DNA of 64,000 bases from Octopus bimaculoides (lineage: Eukaryota), in contig NC_068983.1 in NCBI RefSeq assembly GCF_001194135.2, forward strand, positions 67,337,507-67,401,506. Reading direction: 5' to 3'. Below the pieces are notes generated by a model. The model searched no databases, was not told where the DNA came from, and was given only the letters and a program-made list of their open reading frames with translations. A program made the position numbers and the translations under genes. Below, one piece after another: positions 1 through 16,266 of this stretch (positions within the stretch are counted from its first letter, which is position 1; each line of letters starts with the position of its first letter).

Positions 1-1100
1 AGAGCAAGGTTCTAAAGTTGGATACAAGTGTACTTTGGTGGGAAAGCAAAAAATATGCTGTCTTTTGAAATTGAAGACATGATGGAAAAAAAAAGCAAAC
101 AGGATGACTCAAAAAGTATCAGCAGGGAGTGGACATTTGGTTGCCAGCGCATGGCAAGGAAGTAGACATGGATAGGGATAATTTCCATGCTGAAGTTGGG
201 AGAGTGTGTGAGAGAATGATTTGTGGCAAGAAGGAAGGGTCAGGGGTGAAGCTGGAAGCAATCCTTGCAGAAAACATTCCTATCATGAAAAGTTGCAGAT
301 GCCACAATTCACAGATAAAGTGAAGGTCAATTCAGAAACCGGGTATAGCAAGCAAGGTAAAATCAAAGATATGGGCACAGACATTTAAATGTTGAAGTGA
401 TGCTTGAACATAAATATATGTGTACATGTTATTGTATGTGACTACAGGCAATAGAATTTATTTATCAGGCTGGCAATGTCTCAGCAAGTTTCTACAAAGA
501 ATGAGAAACAATTTGATAGGTTCAACCAGGAAACACACATACAATGCATGTGGAGTAGGGTGGTATTAGAAAGCATGAGGGAGAAAGGAAAACATTCCTT
601 AAAGCTCAGAACTGCTCTGAATGTGAATATGATTCATTTTTGTTCATTACATTTCTAGGAATGTGAAGCTCTATGTTGGGCACAAAGGCTGAACACTAAA
701 AGGGGCTTAATAGAGTGGTCAGTTGTGTTGAAATATAGAGCTTTAAAAAGATAGGAAATGTAATGGAGAATACAACAGAAATGATCATGGAAGAAATAGC
801 CCAAGCAATAACAACCTGTTTCATAAAAGAAGAGGGCGTCACAGACTTTAAATGTGATACTAGCATATGATGTTAGATGTGCAGTTGAAGTTCAGAGTAA
901 CTTGGAGCCAGTAATGGCTGCACATTTCAAAGTTCCTGGTTGAGTACTGCTAGATGCTAGGGAGCTTCTAACTAGAATCTTGCAGGTATTTTCACCTGTT
1001 TTGAAGTATAAACAGTGTGATATCTGAAAGATTGTAGACATTATGAAGTCAGAGATTCGTAATTGTATAGAAGAAAAGAGAAGTTGGTCTGTGGAAAGTT
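1..1100 (-). mobile_element. Highly decayed CR1/L2-like LINE fragment (endonuclease/linker region), tentative
   Basis: The minus strand gives only faint, frameshifted motifs (a GDFNVHH..WL-like stretch near 900-945, an SDH-like motif near 715, FSARIAS near 260). There is no intact ORF. Confidence 0.3.
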
Positions 1101-1459
1101 AAGGAGACTAGGATGTGCTCAGCTGGGCTGCATACAGAACACTCTTAATTCCCTGTTTTACAATGATTGTTTCTGCTGCACCCACTCCTTCATTAACATT
1201 ATACCTTTAATCACTTCTCTTTCTCATCATCCAAGCAATTTTGCTTAATCTCTCTCTCGCTTTATCTTTTTCTCACAACTGTTTTCTTCCAACTCAAAAG
1301 CAACTCAGCACACATAACCCAGCATGATTTCCTATCATTTCCAGCCTCTTTCTTTTCATTCCATCTTGTATATTGAAAGAATGCAGCTAAACTTCTCACT
1401 TCCCCAAAGAAGGACTTTTGTTTGAAATGTCAGAAACTCTTTACTCCTCAAAACTGCAT

Positions 1460-1462
1460 ATA

Positions 1463-1512
<50 letters not shown>

Positions 1513-1775
1513 TGTATGTATACATACACACACACATGCAAACATGATATTTGTGCAATACATACATATGTATGTATATAAATAGATATATGTGTGTGTG
1601 TGTAATATATTTGTACATATATATGTATACTTATATATACATATATTTATACATATGCATGTATGCTTATTTATATGTCTATATATATACACACACACAT
1701 GTATGCACATACATGTATATGTATTTATACACACACACACACACACATTCACACATATATGTAATCACTTTTACA
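1460..1775. repeat. Compound (TA)n/(CA)n/(TG)n microsatellite field
   Basis: Directly visible dinucleotide runs; source of the YI/HT/VC pseudo-ORFs. Confidence 0.95.
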
Positions 1776-4369
1776 TGAAGCCTAATGCTCAGATGTATGT
1801 ATTATATTTATTCTTTTGGAATGATGTTGACTATTCTGTCAATTTAAACTGCCACCTACCATCATTGTGGTCAGTAAAGCATTAACGAAGTGCATTTCAA
1901 ATGCATTCATGTATCTCAAAATATTTATTTTTCAGTAAATATTTAAGAAATATAACAGTAGTATCTCTTAATTTTAGAACCTCTCTATGCATTAATTGGA
2001 CAGTCCTTTGCATATTAAAATTTGATAGATTTACTTGAAATATATTAGATGTAGCAACTGGTTTAGATTTTTGTATTTTTCTAGTCTGGCATCAGGAAAA
2101 CATTAGCACATTTGTTAATTAATGAAAGGAATTTGTCTTAAAATGTGAATGTTTTGAAATTACAGGAAACCTGTCAATTTGGGTTTCTGTACGAATGTAG
2201 AAAATCTCTGAAAATGGAATTTTGTTACTGGATTTTTGGAATTAAGCCTTATGGTGTGCCTTTCTCATGCCAGAGCCTGTTGATGGTTCCTTAGAATGCT
2301 GACAAATCATCTGTCAAATGAGGAATTGGAATTTGCTGCCAACTTCATATATGGTCTATGGACAGTGTTCCAAGGAATTGACTGGTCGTTAATGCACAGA
2401 CAAAATGGTTGAAAAATTATTGAAATTTGAATTTGTGGTTGTTATTTTTGTTGTTATTGTTATTAAATGTTGGTCTGAAAAAAGTTACTTATTCAACAAC
2501 ACATGATGATTTAAAATTTATTTATGTCTAAAATGCTTCAGTTTTAGCCTAGTTACCAAACAATATAATATACAAAGAAATTCATGAAAATTGAACCATT
2601 CGAAAGGAAATCAACTGTAAAATATCTTTGTTGTTTACCAAAACAATCTTTCTTTTAATAAATTGACAGACAGTAATTTTTTTTCTGTTTCATGAAAATA
2701 AAACTAAGTTTATGAAATAAAACTATTCAAATGATAAAAATTGTTCCAATAAGTCCCAATTTACAAATCCATTAACATAAAATTCAATTCCTGTGAAAGA
2801 AAGCATAAGCAACTACTACTCAGTCAAAAATATTTTAGATAGTTAATAAATTATCCACCATAAGACTTCATCATTAGATTAACTACTAAGAATGCACTAG
2901 ATTTAGTCCCCATTCTTAAATATCATGGTATAAATACAAAGACATTCTTTCATAACTATTAAATAAATTAATTCTTGGGAAATAGATCTGAAGAGTAAAT
3001 ACTTAATATTACAATATAAAATAGAAGAAAAATTACCCTATCATTGAAATAACAATTCTGATTTTAGGAAATTATTTTAATAGTTTCTTATAACTAACCA
3101 ACTATCAACTGCATGCTTTGGGTTGTATATAAAACCAGTATCAACAAATAGCTAAATTTGTAAAACAAGAATGAAATGTTTCCCTTTCTTTGAAATCCAG
3201 TGTTGTTATTAAACTTTCTGAGGTGAAGTGACTGGATTGGGAAGGTACCTAACTGCTGGCTTCCTGGAAGTTAATGTGCATCCCAATAAGACATTGTGTT
3301 GTTTCCCAAAGCAAAACACTTCTGTCTGCTTGCAGAATCATATATTTATTACGATTGTTTCTCTTTTATATAAAACTGATGTTAATATATTTGTAATAAT
3401 GATGATATTTATATAAAAAAAAAACTTAATAGATGTTGATGATACTGGTGAGGATAGTAGTATCATTGTAATCAAGGTATTAGCTGTAGATGTTTCCTGT
3501 AATAATTTAAATATCAGAGAAAATGTAAAATGTATTTTCCTTTTAAAATGTATTTTAAGGATCAACCTGAGAATTGCATCAAATTATAAATATTTCATCA
3601 TGATTCTAACATTCTAACTCTAAGACGGTAGTGAAAATAGTTACCAGCAAAACGTTGGACTAAGTTTTTTTTTATGGGATTAAATTCAGTACTTCTGATT
3701 GCAAAATCCCATTAAAATTAATTTTTGCCTTTCATCTTTTTGAGTTTGATGAAATAAGCCCCAACCCTTAAAAAAGATGTAGTTTTGTGCCTAGTTTAAA
3801 AAAAATCAATCTTACTTAGTTTCAGAATACATTCTTTTTTATTTTACATGTTATACACATTTGTGTGTTAATAAATGTTGTGGGGGGATGGGATAGGTGA
3901 GTGTATGTGCAAGTATATGTGTGTGTCCGTGTCCATAATACAAATGAGTGTATGGTGTAGTGGAAGTAGTAATAGTAGTAGTAATAGTAGAAGTATTAGT
4001 AGAAAAACATCTGGTTCTGTACAAGGAAGTATTTGCTGTATCAGTGTTTAGGTATGAATGGGCATATTGATAAAAGTGAAAAAAAAAAAAAAAGCAAGGA
4101 GAGTGATCAGTGTGAGGCATGGTTTTTAATATACATATGAATATTCCATGAACAAGGTGGGAATCTGCTGAAAAAAAAATAAATAAAGTATACCTTGGAC
4201 AATATTTATAATAACATAAAAATATTAAAAAAAAAAAGACATACACAACAGCTGGCTGCTTAATATGATGAAATTATGGTTGATATCTGACTCCTTGCCA
4301 CAGGTGGCTCAGTCAGGGAAAAATGAACAAGAGGTGTTGTAAATAATTCCTTTATATATGTGGATATGA

Positions 4370-5790
<1,421 letters not shown>

Positions 5791-5829
5791 TCCTGTGTAT
5801 ATAGTGAACATAGCTCACCCAAAATTTAA

Positions 5830-5960
5830 GGTGATATGCTCATATCTGTCAGGCTGCAGATTTGATTCTTGGCTCAACTTAGGTATTGTGTCCTGGAGTA
5901 ACATATTTCATTTCACATTTCTCGAATCCCCGCAGCTGAGAATGAGTGCTAGAAAAAGAA
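5830..5960 (+). mobile_element. Decayed tRNA-derived SINE-like fragment
   Basis: The sequence gatttgattcttggctc...gtattgtgtcctggagtaacatatttcatttcac...cagctg resembles a box-B plus post-tRNA segment of invertebrate SINEs, but is heavily mutated. Confidence 0.3.
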
Positions 5961-6096
5961 GAGGAGTTTAGATCTGTGCTAGGTTGGTGTTCATCTCATC
6001 ATTAAGTCTTGTAATCTCACCTAAATATCACAGAAATCTGAAAAACGCCAGCCTTGTGAGCCTGTAGGTTTGAAACAGATTTTATGCTTATGTATG

Positions 6097-6197
<101 letters not shown>

Positions 6198-6559
6198 TCA
6201 CACACACACACATATATATATATATGATAATGAGCTTACTGCATGCAATATGTATATGTACATATATATGTGGGTGTGTGGGTGTTTCTGCTTTTTTATG
6301 CTTCCATGCACTGGATAGTTTTATAGAGGCAGTAATTTACAACCAGACATCCTTTATATTGCCAAGTTTTAGTTACCTGTTGCACATACACATTAATATA
6401 TATAAGTAAATATATGTGTGTGCATATATCAATATATATGTTTGTGTCATACATGAGTGTATATGAATATATGTGTGTGTGTACATATATATATATGCAT
6501 ATATATATTGTGTGTGTGTGTATATAATGTGTTTGTATATATATGTGTGTGTATGTGTG

Positions 6560-6602
<43 letters not shown>

Positions 6603-7519
6603 CACAGATATAAATTTATTTAAATATAATTTGATTGCTTTTTAGTCGGTGTATTTGTTGTGAAAGCTACTTGTACAACACTTCACACTGGAGACATGCC
6701 AAATGTACAATTAAATTACACAACTGGTCCCTAAACTTGGATCAGTTAACTATATAAGGACTTTCAAATTTACGTTGATGTTGGGATGTATCCTAACCAA
6801 ATCTACTCATGAAAAGAATCTATTGCGGGGGAATATAGTGAACCAAATTTATAAATATAAAGAGATACTCAGTGGACTTTTGTGAACATTTCCTGAAAAA
6901 AAAAAGAAAAACTGAAATCAATTTTTAATGTTTTTTCATTTCTTTATTTAATCCCTTTTTAAATTTTAAAACAAAAGCCATACATGTTGAAGAGTTTTAC
7001 AAAAATCTCCTGCTCCCTTGAAATTATAACTGTTATTTATAAAACAAACAAAAATAAAATTTTCTTGTTATTGTATTTTTGTTTACATTTTGCTTATAAT
7101 ATGTACTGAGATCTTCCAAGACACACAAGTGTTTAACTTGACCAGACTGGTGGTTTTAACTGAGCTGTGAAATAGATAGTTGCATCTGAGGTGGAGTCCT
7201 GTTTCACTTAATAGTATTTTAATTGTTTTCTAGCACCCATATCCCAACCTCTGTGCTCTCAATTAGATTTTTATTTTAATACTCTTCAATTTGGTAAAAA
7301 TTTGTTGAATCATTGAAGAAATTAACAAGCAAATGAAACAGAAAAAAGAAATACTCTAAAATTGCGTGTGCATAGATGAATGTTTTCGTTGTATTTATTT
7401 ACATTCCATTCATTGTTTATATGCGTAAATCTGAAATTATTGTTTTAATTTCTCTTTGAAAAGTTTTTCTTTGTACCTTAGTTATTTTTGAATTTAAATT
7501 TATTGTATAATTATTACTT

Positions 7520-7536
7520 TTGAAATATTATTATTA

Positions 7537-7583
<47 letters not shown>

Positions 7584-7630
7584 AATACTCCAAATACTTT
7601 ATTAATAATAATCATCATCATCATCATTTA
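7520..7630. repeat. (TTA)n / (ATC)n trinucleotide microsatellites
   Basis: Visible tandem TTA and CAT runs. Confidence 0.9.
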
Positions 7631-8004
7631 TTGATGTCACTATTATAATGTTATACACTGATACTGACTTACCATAACTGTTATAATTAGTTTTATCATA
7701 ACAAAATATATATTTCAACCATTGTTATGTACCTTATTTTATCTACTGCTGCTATTTCGCAACTAATGGTTAAAATAAAAAAAATTTAAAAATTAATAAA
7801 TTAAAAAAAGAACAAAATCTAAAAACAAAAAAATATTCACAAGAAGTTGTTTTGCATTTGTTGCCACTATGTATATATGTTTTGTATATATACATTGACC
7901 ACAACTGCAAAGTTGCTGTATTGGGAGTTCTTGCTGTGTGCATCTGTTACATCATATTTGTACCACGCCTTTATGCATATTAAAACAATACAAAATAAAT
8001 TCAC

Positions 8005-8053
8005 GTGTCACTACATATATATGTATATATATGTACATATATATATATATATA

Positions 8054-8136
<83 letters not shown>

Positions 8137-8217
8137 GTATATATATACATGTATATATATACATGTATATATATACATGTATATATATACATGTATATAT
8201 ATACATGTATATATATA

Positions 8218-8248
<31 letters not shown>

Positions 8249-8250
8249 CT
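8005..8250. repeat. (TA)n microsatellite with derived TATATATATACATG higher-order units
   Basis: Visible run, with a 14-bp unit repeated about 4 times at about 8140-8205. Confidence 0.9.
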
Positions 8251-8689
8251 AGCAGAAGCACTAATTATTAAAAACAAAAATATTTAAAGTAGTATCAATA
8301 CATTTTTGAAATTAATATTCATTAACTCTGTAATGATGATGATGATGATGATAAAAATGATGAAAAAATTAATTACAAAGTTACTAGCAAAGCAATAGAT
8401 AGGTTTTAACAAACATTCTAAAATTATAATAACACTAGTATTAATTATGGGTACTAATAGTACAACAACTAATACTACTACTACTACAATAAAATACACA
8501 CATATTAATAGTAGTAATGCAACCAACACTAGATTTCTAATCAGCTGAAATCTTGATGAAGGAGAAAGAAGTATAAAATCTTTGTATAGAGTGGAAATAG
8601 TGTTAAAACAGTATGGTGTTGACTTGACAATAGCTAATAAAAACATTAACAAAACTATATCAACAGCAGCAACAATAATATGCAATTGC

Positions 8690-8728
<39 letters not shown>

Positions 8729-9370
8729 TAAGAAACCAAAGAAAAACCCAACAGAAATGGTATTTATTCAGCTTCATGTATTTGTATATCTATGGTGGAA
8801 ACCCTTTATAAATACCAAAACAAAAGCTATGAGTGATCAATATATCTCAAGTGAGGGTTTTTTTATGTTTACAATTAAATTTTATTTTATTTTTATTTTT
8901 GTCTTTGGGGTTTGTTTAATAGCTGACGTTTTTAATAACAATAAAGTCAGCTTTTCTCAAAACCAAATGTTGTTATTAAAAAGTGTTTTTAAAGTATACA
9001 GCTTCCAGGGTTCCCTTTGTATATCAGCATACATGTACTCAAACATATGTACTTCTACATACTTGAACATTAATTTATGTTTGTGCATAGGCACAAAGAT
9101 GCATACAATATACACATACATGAACAAAATGTAGTTACAGACTTATTATACCCAGTTATTTTCAGCTTTATTGAAAACAGTGTTATAATTGTTGAAGGCA
9201 ATTTTTAACCATTTGATAAAAACAATGTTATATGCATATGTTAATGTATTGATATGCAAACACAAATACAAGAATCACCTACAGGACACAAGATTCTCTA
9301 TAATTTGTAACACACCTTAAATCAACAATAGTCATGCACATGCATATAAAAAATACATGCATGTGTGATA

Positions 9371-9417
<47 letters not shown>

Positions 9418-10792
9418 GTGTGAGTGTGTGTATGAGTATATATATATATGTGTGTGTACATATATATATGTATATGTGTATATATATCTATATGTATGTA
9501 TATATATATATGTATATGTATATACATATATTTGCACTGCACATATACAATACACATGTATGAGTGTATGTATGTGTGTGTAAAATGATGTGTATGCATG
9601 TATCTACTATATATTTCTGTGGTTACTTCTCTGCATGTGTGTGTGTGTGTGTGTGTGTGCATGCACACAAATTACATAAGCACTTACATATTCATACACA
9701 AATCATGAACATTCATATATATATATATATATACACTGTCACATACAATAAAAATAGGTGCATGACAATCAGCTGATACTTCTTGAAATGATTATTTTTG
9801 GGACCATTCTGGGGAACAGAAAAAATCTTCAAGAAGAATATGGGGTAAAACACTCAGAGATACAACTATGAAAAACCTTAAACAGCTAATTGTATTTCAA
9901 AACAAAATGATAGATTGTAGATTTTCAACCAGTTTTTTTTTTACCTTTTGTTGTTTTTGTTTATTTATTAATTATTTTAAAAATCTTATAGTTTATATAG
10001 TGTATGTTAATTTCTAATATCCGACCACTGGGAAAAAGCTGGATTATGTTATATAGTGGCACAGTTATCTTTATGTCTTCTATTTAATAAAAATTCAAAT
10101 AATAAAAAAAAATATATCTGTTAAATTTGTGGTTGTTTTATTTTTAGAATTATTGCTTTAATTTCCTTCGGTTTTTGTTGTTTTTTTTTTTTTTTCATAT
10201 CATGCAATTATATTTTCATCATCTACAAGATAGACATAGTAAGTAAATCAGATGAAACAAATCAGGAAGAAAACAGTAAGATATTGTAGGAAAAAATGAA
10301 GGGAAAGGTAATAACAGTTAGAGAGACAAGTAATTTGAAAGTGTTAGCATTATAGATGCAGCAAAAATTGAGAAAAATGTATGTTTACAAGTTTAATTCT
10401 CAATCATGAGCTTCCAGGTTCAATCTCACTTCATGGCACTTAAGGCAAGTGTCTTCTGCCATGACCTTGATTTGATCAAGGAAGGAAATTGTGAAGAATT
10501 CACCAGATATATATGTTTTTGTGTGTGTGCGTATCAGTTTGCTGTTATATCAAGTGACATATAAAAGTAATTTACCATTAAATTGAAGAGTTACTCAATA
10601 TTTTTTAGAAAAATACATATTTACTCTTACTCTCAACATTTTGTAAAAGTTTATATGTGTTTGTGTGTGCGTATATGTATGCATGCATAAATGCTTATTT
10701 AATAGGTTTGTGTGATTGATATGCACTGAATGATGGACTCAGATGCTGTTTGTAGGATAAGTAGATGTTAAATAAGAATGATACTCTCTCTT

Positions 10793-11225
10793 TTACTTTA
10801 CTTGTTTCAGTCATTTAACTGTGGCCATGCTGGAGCACTGCCTTTAGTCGAGCAAATCGACCCCAGGACTCATTCTTTGTAAGCCTAGTACTTATTCTAT
10901 CAGTCTCTTTTGCCGAACCACTAAGTTACGGGGACGTAAACACACCNNNNNNNNNNNNNNNNNNNNNNNNNNNNNNNNNNNNNNNNNNNNNNNNNNNNNN
11001 NNNNNNNNNNNNNNNNNNNNNNNNNNNNNNNNNNNNNNNNNNNTATATATACACATATATACGACAGGCTTCTTTCAGTTTCCGTCTACCAAATCCACTC
11101 ACAAGGCTTTGGTCGGCCCGAGGCTATAGTAGAAGACACTTGCTCAAGATACCACACAGTGGGAATGAAGCTAGAACCATGTGGTTAGTAAGCAAGCTAC
11201 TTACCACACAGCCACTCCTGCGCCT
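10793..11225 (-). mobile_element. tRNA-derived SINE, family A (internal microsatellite), CpG-decayed copy
   Basis: Collinear with copies at 14729, 31536, 38551 and 61913. It has a tRNA-like head at the right end, a central microsatellite/gap and a ...gcatggccacag..actgaaacaagtaaaa tail. Confidence 0.9.
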
Positions 11226-11294
11226 AATATATTAAGATTTTAACTGTTAAAACTTCCAATCAAACAGTTGTTATTAACATTATACACATACATA

Positions 11295-11640
11295 TACAAG
11301 GTCCACCAGCTAAATTTGACAGTTTCCATAAAAAGAAAAGTAAACACAATATCTCATCCAAAAATAAGATAATTCAGCTAGATGATGGTTGGGGGTAGCA
11401 GTTTACTCAAAATAGCTGCCCTCAGCTTCCACCACAGCCTCTAGTTGGCTCTGGTACATGTGTTTCTCACTGTGTCCCTGGGGAGATCTTCAAGCATCTC
11501 CTTGATATTGGCCACCAGTTTGGTCTTGATGTTTCAGAGTTGGTGCTTTTCTCAACAGCACTCTACACAGTAATCCATGAAATTATAATCAGAGGGAAGC
11601 CAAAAATTGGGGCTGGGGAAGTCGTAGAAATTAACACACC
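11295..11640 (-). mobile_element. Tc1/mariner (maT/rosa-like) transposon 3' remnant
   Basis: The minus strand reads NFYDFPSPNFWLP..DY...KTKLVANIKEMLEDLPRDTVRNTC..LEAVVEAEGSYFE*, matching a Tc1/mariner transposase C-terminus. A TIR-like tacaaggtccaccagctaaattt lies at 11295. Confidence 0.75.
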
Positions 11641-11729
11641 GGGTAGTAATGATAACATCTAGCTACAATAATATTCTAAACAGAATATAATATCCAGCAT
11701 TTTAAACAATACCAACTCTCCATCACTAT

Positions 11730-11815
11730 CATCATCATCATCACCATCATCAATTAACATCCATGTTCCATGCTGGCATGGGTTGGATGGTTTGACAGGA
11801 TCCAATGACTTGTCT
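11730..11815 (-). mobile_element. 3' tail fragment of family C SINE with (ATC)n tail
   Basis: Reverse complement of the tail at 12780-12836 (ccaacccatgctggcat..gga..ttaa(tga)n). Confidence 0.6.
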
Positions 11816-12414
11816 GTGCTTCAGTATTTGCTTTAGATGGATGCTTTTTTTCATGCCTCCAGTACTAGTGAGGTCACTACACAGCTCACAACACTATGAA
11901 CCCCTTGACAGAAGGGGAACGTCTATTGATGATAGACACTGACAGTGTCATAGAACTTTGATAAAACTACTGGCAACATCTTGACAAAGATACCAGTTAC
12001 TGAAAGATGATAGGTCCAGTCAAATGAATATAGGGGTAAATTTTATGATGCCATATTAAAGACTTCAGCAATGCAAAAATGAAAGAAAAACCCTGCACAT
12101 CTAGTTCACTAGAGTATCTACAATACCTGCTTTTCAATACATTCAACATCATCGTTCCCCATTTACTTTCATTTTACCTAGTTTTGGGGTAATGAAATTT
12201 GTGATGATAAGGAATTTCTGAGTCAAAATCATAGAGTAAGTTAGAATCAGGACTTCTCAAAAGAATTCTCGCAGTTAATGATTCTACCAATAATTATCTG
12301 TCACATCTTATTTAACTTCTCTACATCAATGTAACATAGAAATGAATATTATGTCTATTTTGCAGATAATTTCTGTGATGACACCTGTACCAGTAAATCA
12401 CTAAGAGCACCGTC

Positions 12415-12836
12415 TGAGCGTGATCACTGCCAGAGCACCAGCTTTCTGACTTTCATGCCGGTGGCACATAATAGCACCATTTGAGCATGACCATTACCAA
12501 CGTCGCCTTCCGGGCACTTCTGCCAGTGGCATGTGTAAAGACATTCGAGCGAGTTCATTGCCAGTACCGCTGGACTGGCCCTTGTGCAGGTGGCACGTAA
12601 AATACACCATTTCAAACGTGGCTGTTGCCAGTACCTCCTGACTGGCCTTCATGCCGGTGGCACATAAAAGCACCCACTACACTCTCAGAGTGGTTGGCGT
12701 TAGGAAGGGCATCCAGCTGTAGAAACTCTGCCAAATTAGATTGGAGCCTGCTGTAGCCATCTGGTTCACCAGTCCTCAGTCAAATCGTCCAACCCATGCT
12801 GGCATTGAAAGCGGACGTTAAATGATGATGATGATA
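12415..12836 (+). mobile_element. SINE/non-autonomous retroposon, family C, with internal tandem subrepeats and a (TGA)n tail
   Basis: Repeated gccggtggcac(a/g)taa(a)agcacc subunits, a gttggcgttaggaagggcatccagctgtagaaa block, and a terminal gttaaatgatgatgatgat. Confidence 0.8.
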
Positions 12837-14214
12837 ATTTCTCTTTTAACATTTGTGATGCAAGATTTCAAAAGTAAACATGATATTCTTTGATGATATT
12901 TTTATCTCCTACGAAAGTTCCTAGAAAACTCTCAGTTAAAATCACTTCTAAGTTTTGAATCAATCACTGAAAGTCAACATACCAGGTTGCTGAAAAATAC
13001 TCCCAGTTTTCACATGATGAAATCCAAGAATTGTAATTTGCACTATATAATGACATTAACTTGTAAAAAATATAATATGATATTTCTTTCTAAAAAATTA
13101 TGCTATAATTTAATTTGAATTTGAGGTTTCCATGTGTATGTTCATTATCATCTATTTATCTGTTAAAAAGTGTAAAGACGTAACAAAATTACTACAGATA
13201 AATAATTACGACTTGTCAGAATGCATAAAAGAAAATATCTCTTGAAACAGATGTAGTGGGTAAAACTGTTATCTTTACAATACTACATTTAAAAAAAAAT
13301 TTATCTGTCAATTGGAGAAAAAATGGTTATTGAAGAGGGAATTGTCTGAATGAGAAAGTTAGGCACATGAAATAAGACTGGAAAAACCTATTGTAGGACA
13401 CTTAATGTGAGTTTAAAGCACAAATTAATCCATACAGAAGATTGAAACTTGTAAAAGAGCTCTACAGAGATGAGTAATCCAGAAATGGTTCTAGGGCCAA
13501 AGAGGTATGGTCATAGCATGACTACTAAATATGTGTTTGATAGAGAAAGTCAGAGTAACCATACCTACTCTTGTGCAATTTCCTGACAAATATTAGCCAC
13601 AGACACTTGATTAAAATATTAGTTAAATCTGTTGCTGTTAGGTCATTGGACATCACTAATTTTTGGCACTGAAAATCACAAATAACTTTTTGCCAGCACT
13701 TTAGTCCCCCGGAATAAACAATGTGGCATGATCTAAGTATTCAAACCAAAATATACGTCAGCTACATTATAAATGAATACTATAAAAGAATCACCAAGAC
13801 AGAAAAAAATCCCTCTTCCAATCATTTAGATTATTGGAAGAGGAAATTTTTATAGAGAAAAGTAAAATAATACTCTGAAAAGAAAAAGTGAGATGGAATT
13901 CCTTTTATATTAACCATCAATTCAGTGATAAGTCCAATTTCAATGATTGTTTAGACATGTGTGAATTTTGGTATTAGAAATATTATCATTATATCAGGTA
14001 TAGAGGAAACCTTGGAGTAGATCTCTTTTATTATAATCAGTGATTGAAGGCAAGCACTGACCATGACATTTGCTATCCTTCTAAGATGATGAAAATGATG
14101 GGCCCCACTCCTATGGTACTGCATGGGAGTGGTATTCATGTGACCATTTTCATTCTTCCTTTCTATATAATTTCATCTCATATTCATTCGTTTTATGTTT
14201 TTTGTCCCCACTAT

Positions 14215-14282
14215 GGTGTTGTGTCTGTCCTTGTGGTGTCCCTCTCTGTGTTTGGTGCCTTGTGCCTAATAAAGAAATTGAA
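14215..14282 (+). mobile_element. Isolated 3' tail of family B SINE
   Basis: tgtctgtccttgtggtgtccctctctgtgtttggtgccttgtgcctaataaagaaat matches the tail at 62330-62388. Confidence 0.55.
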
Positions 14283-14439
14283 AATGATAGGACAAGTATT
14301 TACTTTGAAGTTCGGATAATGAAAAAATTGTCAGCATTACCAAATTGAGGGTTCTTGTGTCATTTTTTTTTTGCCCAAGAGCAAAAGCCCTTTTGGTGCC
14401 CCCTCTATTATTAAAAGTATGGTAGACAAGAGGAAATTT

Positions 14440-14700
14440 GCACCTCTTCACACTGACAGCCAAGAGCGACTACCGTTGTTGCCCCTACCCTCTTACTACA
14501 CCCATGAATGCAGAGAATGAGAGAATTTGAGAGAATGGAAGATCTTGAAGGAATAATTGGGCAGAGTGTTTCATGTGGGGTCTGAGTGAAGCAAGTATGG
14601 AGGCTGTTACTTGAGAGGTGCACAGGCACACTGAATTCATTGTAGAGAAGCAGAAAGAGAAAATAGAATATCTGTAACTGAGTGTTTGTAACAAGTTCAT
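14440..14700 (-). mobile_element. Decayed CR1-like LINE 3' end, tentative
   Basis: The minus strand has PT*NTLP..SFK, resembling the WNxLP...SFK C-terminus of CR1-group ORF2, followed by a UTR-like segment. Confidence 0.3.
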
Positions 14701-14728
14701 AAATAATCACCATTGAGTCAGATACACT

Positions 14729-15155
<427 letters not shown>

Positions 15156-15379
15156 TTATTTGTTTTTGGTAGCAGTGCTATAGTAGACTCATAAATTCAT
15201 TCTTGAGTTTTGTATTGGAATGGATGTACAGACAAACCATTAACAGCTTTTTTGAAGAATTTTGCGGACATCAGAAAAAATTCAAATCGGTAACAATTTC
15301 CTTGTTCAATTACAAAAAAGACTGATTTTTGTTTTCACATCAGGAAGAAATACATACACTCATACATAAAAACATACAT

Positions 15380-15486
15380 GCATGCATACATACATTCATA
15401 CATTCATACATACATGCATGCATACATACATACATACATACATATATACATACATACATATATACATACATACATACATACATACA

Positions 15487-15517
<31 letters not shown>
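15380..15517. repeat. (ATAC)n tetranucleotide microsatellite
   Basis: Visible tandem CATA run. Confidence 0.95.
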
Positions 15518-16025
15518 TCAGTTCTCTCCTGATTGAGAGATTACTCCATGTTGATGGCTTTGGTGATTAAGAAGACCAAATCTTATGCAAAACAGGCAAC
15601 AGTAAAGATGGCACGGATGTACTGGCAGTAGGAATAATTGTTACGTCATGCACTCTTTACATTTCTCCTTCAACTTTTCCGTTTCTTTTGTCTTCAAAAC
15701 GCCATTCTGCTGGTGACATTTTAAGGGTCTTTAGCAGATTTTTGTAACGATAGAAAGGTTGTCGTTATGCACTTTTTTCAGTGGTTAATTCATTGAAGAA
15801 GACTTGACAAAGAAATCTCTCTTTTCACGTTCTAACCACACGTCCTGACCATCGTAGCATTGCCCTCTGTGCACTGAAGCTGCAATAAGTCAGGATCGAT
15901 AAGTTGAGGAATTTTAAATCTCATTATGTTAAATAATCTACCTTTAATATCTGGAGGATATTCAAAACGATATTATTTACATTATTTACAATTGATGGAT
16001 TTTTGTCTTCATCTTGTGTGTTGTT

Positions 16026-16071
16026 AACACAACGTTTCGGCTGATAAACCCTCCAGCCTTCATCAGGTGTC
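16026..16071 (-). ncRNA. Minimal type I hammerhead ribozyme (left arm), intact core
   Basis: GACAC-CTGATGA-A-GGCTG-GAGGGTTTAT-CAGCC-GAAA-CG-TT-GTGTT: stem I GACAC/GTGTT, 5-bp stem II, palindromic ACGT stem III and a GUU cleavage triplet. Confidence 0.8.
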
Positions 16072-16128
16072 TTGGGGAAATTTCGAACCTGGGTTCTCAT
16101 TCCTAAGGTATTTTCGTTGTTGTTGTTG

Positions 16129-16188
<60 letters not shown>

Positions 16189-16266
16189 TCACTGCTTGGA
16201 ATCGAACTTGGAATCTTGGAGTTAGTAGCGCATGCTCTTAACCACTACGCCATATGCCCAGGCATT

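Noticed and set aside
7880-7975. Possible TM-tail (+) or 75-nt exon (-) in a short GC-richer patch
   Set aside because: Splice signals are weak, no homology was recognised, and either strand reads equally plausibly.
8540-8645. Ankyrin-like phrase KQYGVDLTIANKN
   Set aside because: There is an in-frame stop just upstream, no neighbouring repeats and no splice support, so it is compatible with chance.
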